DNA of 64,000 nucleotides. Origin: Azolla caroliniana (taxonomy: Eukaryota; Plantae; Polypodiophyta). How positions within the stretch are numbered: position 1 is the stretch's first letter; each line of letters begins with the position of its first letter. The notes under the pieces were generated by a model, which worked only from the letters and a program-made list of their open reading frames with translations, was not told the DNA's origin and ran no database searches. Location of the stretch: assembly GCA_043228905.1 (NCBI GenBank), contig JBHGNT010000015.1:10540001-10604000 (forward strand). Direction: 5' to 3'. Made by a program: the position numbers and the translations under genes. This document shows, piece by piece, positions 49,543 through 61,500 of the stretch.

Positions 49543-50970
49543 ATGGATAGAGGCATGGCGAGCTCGCTTCCAACAGAGAAGCTTGACAGAACCAACTACG
49601 CGTCTTGGTCCTACAAGATGCACCAGTACCTGCTCGGGCACAACTACTGGAGTTATGTCGAAGGAGCTAATGACGCGGCACCCGAATCGACACACAGAGA
49701 CTTCCCGTCGTGGGAGCAATCAGCGAGCAGGGTATTGTACTGCTTCGCGTCGTGTGTGGGCGAACAACTATTGAGCTATGTTCGGGATGCAAAGACGCCG
49801 AAGGGTGCGTGGGAAAATCTGAAGAAGATTTTCGCCGCGAGCACCACAGCCAGGAAGCTTCAGCTCCGACAGGAGTTGAGCAACCTACGACAACGCGACT
49901 TGTCGGTGGCGGACTATACCTCGAAGATCAAGGATATCTGCGACTCCCTCGCCTCCATAGAGGTGAACATCGAGGAGAGCGAGATGGTCCAGATCTGTCT
50001 CGGAGGTTTGGCGTCGAAGTTTGGAGCGTTCCGAACGGCTGTGTGTACCCGGGAGAATACGCCATCCTTTTTCGACTTACAGTCGATGCTCCTGGTAGAG
50101 GAGAACCACGTGGGTGCGTCTATAAGCACGCACGCCAACAACAGAATGCTGTACACGGACTTCCTTTCCCCAACGAGCGAAACCAGAGCCGGAACAAGCT
50201 CGACCTTATACACTCCGATGTATGGGGGCCGGCACAAAACGTTAGTCTTGGCGGGAGCCGATATTTCGTCTCCTTCATCGATGACCACACGCGGCACACG
50301 TGGATCTACCTCATTGAGAGGAAGAGCGAAGTCTTCGACTGTTTTCGGGACCTCAAAGGGTTTGTGGAAACGGAAACGGGACGAAAGATCAAGTGCCTGC
50401 GGTCGGATGGCGGGAAAGAGTACTTCTCCAACCAATTCAACGGTTATCTACAACAAATGGGAATTCGGCGCGAATTCAGTTGTAGATACACGCCGGAGCA
50501 GAACGGCGTGGCCGAGAGGAAGAATCGGTCAGTTGTGGAAGCGGCACGAGCAATGATGGAGGAAAAGAGCTTGCCCAAGTTCTGCTGGGCCGAGGCGGTA
50601 AGGACCGCGGTATACATCCAAAACTGGATCGGAGACAAAGTGTCGGCGCATGAGCTGTATTTCGGAACGAAGCCGAACCTGCGACACTTGAGGGTGTTCG
50701 GTAGCATTGCGTATGTGCATGTACCGAAAGAGAAGAGGAGGAAGCTGGACGCAAAGGCCGAGAAATGCATCTTGGTCGGTTACTCGGAGGAGCAGAAGGG
50801 TTATAAGTGCTACAACCCTTGCACCCAACAAGCACGTGTCAGCCGCGACGTTGTGTTTGACGAGTCCGCGTCCTGGTACCAACCCTCGACTCCAAACCCC
50901 GGCTCCAATTTGAGCTCTGACGATGAGGTCAACGAGGCCGAGATGCCTCCGGATGAGCCCGAAATCGACC
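49543..50970 (+). pseudogene. Copia gag joined out of frame to the integrase core
   Basis: Gag runs to NRMLYT, then in another frame LPFPNERN, HSDVWGP, LRSDGGKEY and NGVAER. Confidence 0.85.
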
Positions 50971-53436
50971 CGCGAAGAGAGTTCGATTTCACTCTGCTTA
51001 AGTGGACCAATTGGACGACTGAGTCGGTACGATCAGTCCGATAAAGAGCCGGCGAGTAGTGGAGACTCGGCCGTGCATTCCTCGTGCAGGAAGCCGAGGA
51101 GACGGCTTACATGCAAAGAGAAAGGGAAGAAGAAGGTGTCGGATTCCGGCACGGATAAGAACGAGTCAGACCGACGCGAGTCCGACTCCGAGGGAACCAG
51201 TGACGGGTCTTTAAAGGTGAAGTCCGCGTCGACCGAGAAGGCCTCGACATCGGCTAATACGAGATTACGCCGATCTACCTGCCAGAAGAACCCTGTTCTG
51301 CGGTTCGGATACAACGAGTACATGGCGCATCATTATGCGTACATGACCCGTGTAGCGGAAGTGCGTGAGCCGGAGAGCTACGCAGAAGCGGCTAAAGACG
51401 CGAATTGGCGTGCCGCGATGGAGGAAGAGATGCACGCATTGGCGGAGAACGAGACCTGGGACCTGGTTGACGCACCAACAGGGGTAAAACCGATCGGGTG
51501 TAGGTGGGTGTACAAGGTCAAGTACAACACCGATGGCTCGGTCAACCGGTACAAGGCTCGGCTAGTGGCAAAGGGCTACGCGCAGAAACACGGCATCGAC
51601 TACGATGAGACGTTTGCGCCGGTCGCGAAAATGACGATTGTCTGTGTTTTGCTCGTAGTAGCTGCGGCGAAGGGGTGGCACTTACATCAAATGGATGTAA
51701 AGAATGCGTTCCTGCAAGGTGACCTTGAGGAACAGGTGTACATGGTACAACCCCCCGAATTCCACTCCGGAACGAACTCCTCGGCAGTATGCCGACTGAA
51801 GAAGTCCCTTTACGGACTGAAGCAAGCCCCGCGTGCCTGGAACACGAAGATCACGCAACAACTGCGTCGAATGGGCTTCGTCACGTCAAAATCGGACTCT
51901 TCCCTGTTCATCCGGAAAGGTCGACTCGGACCGGTTAGTATTTTACTATATGTTGATGACTTGGTCATCACTGGCGTCGACCTAGGTGAAATCGACCGCG
52001 TGAAACTCCAGCTTGCGGCATCGTTCGACATGAAGGATCTGGGGGACCTTCATTACTTCCTCGGGATCGAAGTGATCCGTACCCCCGAAGGCATATTGAT
52101 CAGCCAACGTCATTACGTGCTGGGTATGCTCTTCAAACTCGGGATGGCTGACTGTAAGTCCGTCTCGACTCCTCTGGACAGAACCGTCAAGCTTCGTCCC
52201 GATACAGGAAAGGTATGCGACCCGACGAGGTTCCGACAAATTGTCGGAAGCCTCATATACTTGACCATCACCCGACCCGACCTCAGTTATCCGGTCGGGG
52301 TGATCAGTCAGTTCATGGCGCGACCTACCGAGGAGCACCTTCAGTGTGCGCAACGCATACTTCGGTATGTCAACGACACTAAGGACCGGGGACTGCTATA
52401 TCGGACCGGTGCAGCCGTGCAGTTAGTCGGCTACACCGATGCTGATTGGGCTGGCAACGCCGCCAATCGCCGATCCACATCCGGATACGCGTTCTCTCTC
52501 GGGAGTGCCGCGATCGCATGGAGCAGTAAGAAGCAGTCGATAGTTGCACTGTCGAGCACCGAAGCTGAGTACCGAGGAGCGGCTGTCGCGACATGCGAAG
52601 CCATATGGTTGAAGCGGCTACTTAAGGACCTGCAAGAGGAGGTGTCCGATCCGACGACGATCTACTGCGACAACCTCAACATCATCCAACTCGCGAAGAA
52701 CCCCGTCTTCCACGCACGGACCAAGCACATTGAGGTGCACTACCATTTCGTTTGTGAGCGTGTCCTTTTCGGTGAAGTCGAACTTTAGTACGTTCCGACG
52801 GATCAGCAGACTGCCGACATCTTCACCAAGCCTCTTGGTCTGGACAAGTTGCAGCAATTCTCAGGTGCGCTTGGATTGCGTCACCTCGACGTGCCGAACT
52901 TGAGGGGGAGAACAGTCCCGAATGACCAAGCAAAGCAGCAGGAAAGGAGTGGAGGCCGCGACACCGAGTCGGTTGACTCGGCTGTTGACTCGGTTGTCGA
53001 GTTCGACTTCGGATCACCCGCGGAAAAGTCCGGAAGCGGACAGAAGGGGAGCAGCCGAAGGAGAGAGCCGAAGCCAACCATGGATGGGGAAGATGACGCC
53101 ATCGAGGGCGAGAAGACCGAAGACGAGTTGGAGACAACCAACTCGGATGAGAGCGAAAACCGATTGGAGGTAGCCGAGTCGGTTCGGATGTTTGATTCAG
53201 ATACGTTGAATCAACCGAGGCCCAAGCGGAAGAAAAGGCAGGAGGAGAAGCGTCAACACCGCAACAGCAGAAGAGATGATAAGGGCCGCATGAGCATACA
53301 AGCCGACCGGAAGGGTCGAAGCGCGCGGAGTCGAACAGGTCGAGGAGCGCGAGCGAGGCGTGAAGCCAGGAGGAACCGGATCCGTGAGCCCGAGGATCCC
53401 GAAGAGCCTCGAGTTGAGCTTGAGGGGGAGTGTTGA
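50923..53436 (+). pseudogene. Copia RT-RNase H with an in-frame C-terminal extension (premature TAG at 52786-52788)
   Basis: YVDDL, TRPDL, DADWAG, KHIEVHYHF. After the TAG the same frame continues YVPTDQQTADIFTKPL and stays open to LEGEC* inside the LTR. Confidence 0.85.
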
Positions 53437-56400
53437 GAGACAAGCTCAACATCGGCCGGATCGGCTGAAGAAGCCAAGGACCGGATCGGTTGGGACCGAT
53501 CGGTTAGGCCGAGTGCGTAAACCGGGAGGTCGTTAGGAAAGATATTCCGTGAGGAATATATTTGGGAGTTAGTGTAGGAGCTCTTAATGAGCATTGAAGT
53601 ACTTTCAGTACTTCTGTCAGTCCTTCTAGGACTTGTATAAAAGTGTTCATTGAACACACATATGTATAGAGAGTGGTGAATAGAGATTGTGTACTTTTGT
53701 TATATATTTTTGGTGTGTCTTCTCTCTCACTCTCTCTGTCTCTCCCGTGTATACCGTGTAAGCTCAAGCTCTCCATTGAACCTGAGTTTCCTTCCTTCTG
53801 TTCGGTCTTCATACTTGCTTCTGCACGTTACTTTCTACACATTATACCTAGATTTACTTGTTCTCTTGTAAAATGATCAGTAATGTCAATATGCTTGGCC
53901 TTTGTATGATATATCGGATTTTTAGATAAGCCAATAGTAGTTTGACTATCTGTAAATATTGTCATGGCCAAATTGAATGTATTAAGTAAATCTTTCATCA
54001 ATTGTATTAGCCATAATGTTTCAGATGTTGCAAAATGATACGCTTTGTATTCAACTTCAGTTGATGATGAAGAAACAGAAGATTGTTTCTTACTTGACCA
54101 TGAAGTCCACCACCATAAATGAAACAGTAACCATATATTGATTTTATATCATCAATACATTGAGCCCAATCAGCACTTGAATAGCCATACATGTAGGCTC
54201 CACTTGAGTAAGTAATTCCTTAGTCCATAGTAGAATATGAATACTTGAGAACTCACAATGCTTCTCTCCTATGCAAGAGATGTGGTTTACTGTTAAATTG
54301 ACTCAAAACATCCACTGAAAAACAAATATCTGGTCTACTGTGATAAATACCAAAGAGATCAAAATTTGGAAGCATCTACAAATTCTGGAGTATCATCAAA
54401 TTTGCTAAGTGTTGCATGAGACAGAAGAGGACAAGTGATGCGCTTTGGTTTCTCCATTCTATAATCTGTTGAGCAATGTTTTAAACCCTTAAACTGGGTT
54501 ATGACTATGCAATCTTTTAATAGTCATAGTTCCATGCCAATATAATAATGAAGAAGACCCATATCAGTCATCTCAAATTGAGATGTAAGCATTTCCTTAA
54601 GAGAATTTATATTTGAATGATTCATAAGAACCTGAAAATAAGTAGATCAACAACCATTGTCTTGTAGTAGATAAAGATTTGGATTTGCTAAAGAACAAAT
54701 GCAACCACAATTGATGAGAAATTCATGAATTTTCAAATACCAAGCTCTTGGCGCTTGCTTCAATCCATATAAAGCCTTCCTTAACATATATATTTTATTG
54801 TTTGGATCTGCAACTTCAAAATCTTCAGATTGTTCCACATAAATCTCTTCATTTAGATCATCATTTAAAAATGCAAATTTAACATCCATTTGATATATTT
54901 TCCATTTGTGGTTAGCACAAAATGCTAACGTGAATCTAATTGTTGTGAATTTTGAAATAGGTGAGAAGGTCTCATTATAGTCAATAACTTCTAGTTGTTC
55001 ATATCCTTTGACAACTAATCAAACCTTATACTTATCCAAACTTCCATCTGTATTATACTTTATTTTAAAGATCCACTTGACCTTAATTACCTTCTTATCA
55101 AGAGGTCTATCTACGAGAACCCAAGTTCCATTCTTCTCAATTGAGAAAATTTCAGCTTCCATTGCCTTTTTCCAAATTGGATTTCCAAGAGCTTCCACCA
55201 ACTTTGGTACTTTCTCACAATCATTATTGATAATACTAATTAATGTAAGATTAACCTCTGCAATTCATAACTTTGACTTACTTCTTGTGTACCTTTCTTG
55301 ATTATCACTTTCTTGTTACTTTGTAGATCTCAACCACTTTAATTTTGTATCATCTAAAGTCTTCAACCATCTTGGTGGAGGAAGTTGTGATTGAGAATCA
55401 GTGTAAATAAGATTTTGAGAAGTAGATGGACTAAAATGGGTTATAATATCTTTTTCAAAAATAGGAGATTTAGAAATACCAGATGGAGATGGTGAAATAG
55501 AGTCAATTAGAGAAGGAAAAGTAACGTCTAAATCATCTTCATCTCCACACTTAAGGATTGTCTCATCACAGACAACATCCCTACTTATTACGATATCTTT
55601 CTTTGCTGGGTTCCACAATCTATAAGATTTACTATAAGAACTATATCCAACAAATATCATATTTTGGGATTATGAATCCACCTTTCTTAGATCGTCTGAA
55701 ATATGCACATAAGCAACACAACCAAAGACTTTAAAATAAGAAACTTATGGCATATGACCAGAGAATACTTCCCAAGGAGCTTTATCTAGTAAAGCTTTAA
55801 TTGGAATATGGTTCAACATATGCACTAAAGTATTTACAACTTCACTCCAAAACTCTTTTCAAAGTTGTGCCTAACAAATCAAAGATCTTGCCATTTCCAT
55901 AACTATTCTGTTCTTCCTTTCCACAACTCCATTTTGTTGAAGAGATTATGGAGTTGTAAATTGTCTTCTGATTCCCTTTCTCTTGCAAAATTTATTGAAT
56001 CTATTATTTACAAACCCCTTTCCATTATCTACTCTTATTAACTTCAAACTAGAATTAGTTTGAGTTTCTACCATGGAACACCATTCTTAAAAGCAATCAA
56101 ACACTTCAAACTTTGCTTTTAGCATAAAAACCCAAGTCATTCTAGAAAATTATCGATCACTAACATGAAATAGTTATGACCACCAACCGACTTAGGAGAA
56201 ATTGAACCACATATATCCATATGAACCAAATTTTAAATATCTTTTGCTTTGAACTGAGCTTCATGAGGGAAAGAAGCATGATGTTGTTTCCCTTCTTGGC
56301 AAGCCTCACAAGGTTTGCTTACCTTAGAGCACTATTGAAGTCCGTTTACCATATGCTTCATTTATTGGAGAGTTAAATATGGTACATGCCCTAACCTTGC

Positions 56401-58409
56401 ATACCACAAAAAAGATTCTTGGATGTCCATTGAATTTATAGAATTAAGATAACTTGCAAATCTCCAAAAATTTCAAGAATCCTTTGATTGCATATTGAAA
56501 TTCTTCATATAATATATGTTTCCCTTTCGCTGCCTTTTGCAACAACAGAACCTGTATCTTTAGAAATAAACTCTACTGATTTATTATCAAACTAACCCAC
56601 CATACTCTTTATCTATGATTTGTGCTACTAATAACGAGCTTTTAGATAGTTAAAGCACATATATGATATCCCTAATTTTAACATTAGAATTTTCTGATGG
56701 AATATTAGCATCACCTTGAGACCCTTATTTAATAATTATATTATTAGCCGCAACAATTGGAGTACATGACTCCTTTTTATTTTATAATATACTATTATCA
56801 TTAGTCATATAGTTGGTAACTCCATTATCCACCATCTATTCAACTTTATATAAATTTTTAGATGTATGATTAGTTTCCTCAATCAATTCAATGGGGAATA
56901 TGATTTCCTCTATAATCTTATTTCTCATAATTAATGAAACTTTACCTTTACCATCATTGATTTGTACATCCCTCTTTTTTGTTAAAGCAATTTGGAGCTC
57001 TGTTACTTTCCTTACCACAATAGTGACAGGCAAGATCCCTATGTGGATTCTTCTATTTGGAATCCTTTTGTGAAAAGGATTTTGTTTATTGCAATAGACA
57101 ATTCTCCAGTAGAGTGTTTTTCTTTCTTTTTCCTTGCATCTTTAGAAGTAAACACTTATTCTAAACTGTTATTCTTCAGTCCTTACTTATTTCTCTAGAT
57201 TCAATGTTACTACAGGTTCGAAAGATGGCATAGACTTTTTAAGTGTTATGGTACAAAAGTCTCCCATGAGGATGGAAGCTTAGCAAGCAATCACAACGAT
57301 ACCTCACGATTAGAAAGCAGGTTTCCTATTGCCGCCATCTTATCTCTTAAAGAAATAAACTCAATAAGCTTATCAGAAATAAATTCAAATCCATTTATTT
57401 TCAAATCTTTGAATTGCATTTTGCAAATGAGTAAGTCTTTGTTCACATGACCATTCATACCTTGAATGCAATGCTCCCCAAAGCTCCCTTAATAATTCTT
57501 TCGACCTGAATTGCATAACCATCTTAGGTGTGAGTGAGTTCATATCCCAAGCTTCTTCTTCAGGACAGAGATTGTCGTCATCATCCTTTGACACTCCTTC
57601 CATTGAACTAGAGACTTTTACTGGTCTCTCCTTGTAACATAAAGCCAACAACGGCAAGTATACAAGATTGGTTGGATCAAATTCTTCCATGCCAAAAAGT
57701 TGTCTTCACTAACAAGCTTCGCTTGTTTATCAATCGTCCACAAGCTTCTTTGGATAATAGTAGAAGGCCTAGTTGAAAAGAAGAACATTGACAAGGCTAG
57801 ATTTAATACCAATGTTAGAAAAAAACGTAATTAAACTAATCTAAGTTCACTAGCAAAAAATTAGAGTTATATAAGTTTAATTAAGGAAGAAAACAAGTGA
57901 TTATAAAAGATCAATTATGAACTCCCTATGTAATATCTATTATTCTAGATTATCAAATTGAGCCTAGAATACTAATAGAGACAATTGTGCTCCTTTTCAT
58001 TACATCTTGACATAGATAGCCTTCTCGTAGCTCCAAGGAACATACCCATTCTTAACATAGATTGCAAATCGTCAATATCTTTGAAACGTATAATGTAGAT
58101 GAACAAATTTAGAACCCTAAACATGACATAGTCAAAACTACATGCCAATGTTGCCACAAGCAACACGGTATTATTTTATCTTTTATTTGCCATTGTTGGG
58201 ACATTATTAAGTATGGCATGAGTAAGACTATCGAAGCCATTTTCCAGTGCCCATGTCAACCTCCTTGCTTGGCTTCGTTCACTCGGCATCCTGCCATATA
58301 GACAATGCCAAAGCTCCTCGCGCCCTAGTTTAAATTTTTACAATAACTCTAATTCCCTCTAAGCATACCAAACCCTAATTCCCTCTAACCCTAATCATTC
58401 ACTTGTCTT

Positions 58410-58750
58410 AACGAAGCTTCATACCTTTCACTACGAAGTCTAGACCCACCTTGATTGAGCCATATACCATGGTAGGAACATCCCATGCCGGAGTGAAGGG
58501 GGAGATTGTTGGGATTTCGGTCCCTCCGGATGGGATCCCGGAAAGGGATAAAGAGGACTTGGATGAGATCTGAAAACCGGATCGGATGGACCCGGTGAGA
58601 ACCAAAACATGGGACATATTTTTAAATATGTTAGAGTATTGAGGCTATATTTGTAAATAGCCTAAAAGTCATATAAGTATAAATATGACTTAGGGCAATC
58701 ATTTAGTTGTTGTTGTAAATTGTTGTTGAGACCATATTGTATAGAGAGCG

Positions 58751-58800
<50 letters not shown>

Positions 58801-59772
58801 TTGGGTTTGGTAAGAGTTAAGGATGCTATGTTGGTTTCACAAAGAAGATTAATGCATTTTCGAACAATAAGATCAACATTTTGTATTCCAAAAGGTTATA
58901 ACTTTATTTGGGATAAGTTGCAACAAACACTATCTTCGCATGAGCCAATTCCTGATTTAGATGGGCGATCTGAAGAGCTTGATTGGAGGTTTGTTGGAAA
59001 TAAGAGATTGACTATGATCTCAATGAATATTGCTTATCACAAGTTGATTGACAAACATAAGTGGTTGGAAGAAAGGGTTATAAAGATATGGGGTTTTCAT
59101 AAGCCCATTACTTGGTGGTTTCATGTGATCAAGGCAGGTTGGTGTTCTCGATTGATGCTATGAGCCAAGGTATTTATTTGGAGAGTTATGGTTGGAGCTT
59201 TACCATTAGGGGATGCATTAAAAAGAAGAAACATTACTAAAGGATTGTGTTTCTTTTGTTCGGTGGAATTGGAACATAGTAGGCATCGATTTATTTCATG
59301 CCCGATGGCAAGGATGGTTTGGAGGTGTATCAGTTTAGTGTGGATGTCTCTAATAGGAGTAAGTCTATCTTCCTTCAGTTGGGTTTTTGCACATATGGAG
59401 AACAATCAACCGATGCCTCATTTTCAAATTATTTTTGAGTTCTTGAGGTATTGGGGGCTATGGTTCAATTGGAATATGCGGAATGCCTTCATTTTTTATT
59501 TGCAAGTTGGGGTGAGAAAATATGTTCTAAAGTTAAAAGGACTTCTTTTGTGGCAATTGACAGTGCTAGAGAAGTCACAAAATCTCAACCAAGAAGAGAG
59601 AGAACTCTGCAAGGTCACATATCATCATATTCGCCATTTGAATTGGTGTGTAGGGTGGCATTGAGTTTGGTGTCGTAGTTTTCTTTAGATCCCTAGATAG
59701 AAGGGGTTCTATAGTTACGGAAAGAGAGAGAGAGAGAGAGAGAGATACAGAGTAATGAAAGCCATTATTTAC

Positions 59773-59803
<31 letters not shown>

Positions 59804-60034
59804 TACAAAGTAATAGTCTGTTGTAACCGCCGCTTGACAAAGAAACAGAGTTCGAGGTCGTTGCCTCCGAGTCTCTGATTGTACCTTTCTCATATAGTGA
59901 TAGTTTGGAGTCTATGGGCCCCCGTGGATTTTCTCTATTAGGGTTTTCCACGTAAATATCATGTGTCCTCTATCGGTGTTTGTGGGTGTACGTGCATCAT
60001 CCCTACTTCCCACTTCTGTGTTTGATTCTCATCA
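58410..60034 (+). mobile_element. Copia 3' end: PPT GAAGGGGGAGAT and LTR 58507-~60034, interrupted by a LINE fragment
   Basis: PPT at 58495-58506 followed by TGTTGGG. Contains CCCGTGGATTTTCTCTATTAGGGTTTTCCAC, resembling in reverse complement the motif in the 8812 LTR. Confidence 0.65.
58798..59700 (+). mobile_element. L1 LINE 3' fragment (zf-RVT region)
   Basis: KVFIWRV, CFFCSVELEHSRHRFISC..ARMVW and LWFNWNMRNAFIF; flanked by (GA)n on both sides. Confidence 0.8.
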
Positions 60035-60052
60035 AAGTGATTTAAGACACGG

Positions 60053-61029
60053 TGTCACGTATCCACGCGTATGTGTGAGAAACGAAGGCGGGACCGTAGG
60101 GGTCTTGGACCAAAGAGCGTGATAAGAAGAGGGAGAGAAACAATGAAAACGTGTCGTGCAAGACGTTGGGTGCCACGAACACAGAGCTCGTCCGGCTCGG
60201 ACGAAACTAGAGCGATGTGAGAGACAATTAGAAGAGAAAAGGGGACCACAATCAATTAAGAAAAACAGGTTACAATCGGCACGCCGGTAACCGAGCCACG
60301 ACTCAGTCAACAACGCACACACCCCAACTCAGAAATACAATGTGGAGCCTCTGTCGGGAGCACACGGGCTTCCTGCACAAACAGAGGCATCTGGTAAAGA
60401 GCTCCTGCAAAGAATGATTTAACAGAGAACAACGCTCGGTTCCCAGTCCAACAACACTTCATTCTCCTAAATCCTGAGATCCCTAACTCAGTCCTCTCTC
60501 CCTCCTTTTATAGACCAAGGAGAGAGAGGGGGTTGTTACATCAAGTAGTTATTCTCTGCTGTTTCGGACAGAGATTCGCCTAGATTTATTCATCCTATTA
60601 AAGTTTCCTACGTCATGCCAACTCAGCCTAGTCCTAGGTTATTTACAAGCATAGTTTATAATTAGCGTGCATACGTGCACGTTGTGGTTCACACGCCTTT
60701 GGTCTCCGTTTCTTCTTGTAGCCGGTTTTCCCCACGACATCCACCCCCACCAAACCGCACGTCCACCGGTATGTGCCGAGAGAGAGAGAGAGAGGAGAGA
60801 GAGGAGGAAAAACGCGATGACGTTTCAAGAATAGTGTTGAAACATGTTTTTGATGTAACTTTGTCCTCAGAACTCCGTTTTTTATGATTTTTGGCTTGTT
60901 GCGAAGCTCATTCAGAGGGATTTCTAAGGATTATTTGGGTGTTGCGTTTCATTATCGATACAAGAAGCTACAAGCAAAAGTGCCATCGTCTCAGGTTAGT
61001 TCTCTCAATCTCTATTAGGATGGCTGACA
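60053..61029 (-). mobile_element. Putative large solo LTR
   Basis: TGTCA(60053)...TGACA(61029) termini and a minus-strand TATA context TCTATAAAAGGAGG at ~60501-60514. No matching TSD. Confidence 0.4.
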
Positions 61030-61412
61030 CAACAACATGAAGTGAGTTGATGATTGTTGATGGATGTCAGGAATAGTACTAAAGCAAAGATGGAATTAGT
61101 ACTAAGAAGAGTAGTACTATTAGTACTAAGAGGACGGGATTGCGTAAGATTCCCGAGAGAGAGGAAGTGAGAAGAGGAGAGAGAGAGTTAGGATGATGAC
61201 AGCAGCTCTTATATTATATGAAAGATAAGTACAAATCGGCTAAGAGGCTTAAGATTGGTGTTGAACCAATTTGGTTCAAAACAATGCCTTGTGCCTCCTT
61301 TTATAGTGTTTTTAGGAATAATCCTGAAGCTTCTAGAATGTTCCAGACAGATCTGGAATATACATCAATTTTCTATGATAAAGCATAAATGAAAATAATA
61401 TCCTACAAATTA

Positions 61413-61480
61413 CAATTCATAGTCTAATGGTAAGAGCTCGACCCATGTAGTATAAGGTCATGGGTTCGAGTCTTGCCATA
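61413..61480 (+). promoter_or_regulatory. tRNA-like Pol III internal promoter (A and B boxes) inside the Gypsy LTR
   Basis: A box TAGTCTAATGG at 61420-61430 and B box GGTTCGAGTC at 61463-61472, with tRNA-like spacing. Confidence 0.55.
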
Positions 61481-61500
61481 TCATGACACTATCTCCCCCT

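Larger units (their letters stand above)
49062..53839 (+). mobile_element. Ty1/Copia LTR retrotransposon, both ends intact but internally deleted
   Basis: 409-bp LTRs at 49062-49470 and 53431-53839 (~6 transitions), TSD CATTA, PBS 49471-49482, PPT 53420-53430. Zinc knuckle, protease and the integrase N-terminus are missing at ~50158. Confidence 0.97.
48566..57977 (-). mobile_element. Old, heavily mutated Ty1/Copia hosting the 49062-53839 insertion
   Basis: Related LTRs at 48566-48930 and 57813-57977 (the latter internally deleted), PPT 48931-48939, degenerate PBS at 57802-57811. RT motifs [20 protein letters not shown] and KVKWIFKIK; integrase C-terminus IFVGYS..KSYRLWNP; RNase H end at 48950-49056. 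Confidence 0.85.

Noticed and set aside
58345-58395. CCCTAA motifs as a telomerase RNA template or interstitial telomere
   Set aside because: Isolated motifs only, with no tandem TTTAGGG array and no USE/TATA context seen.
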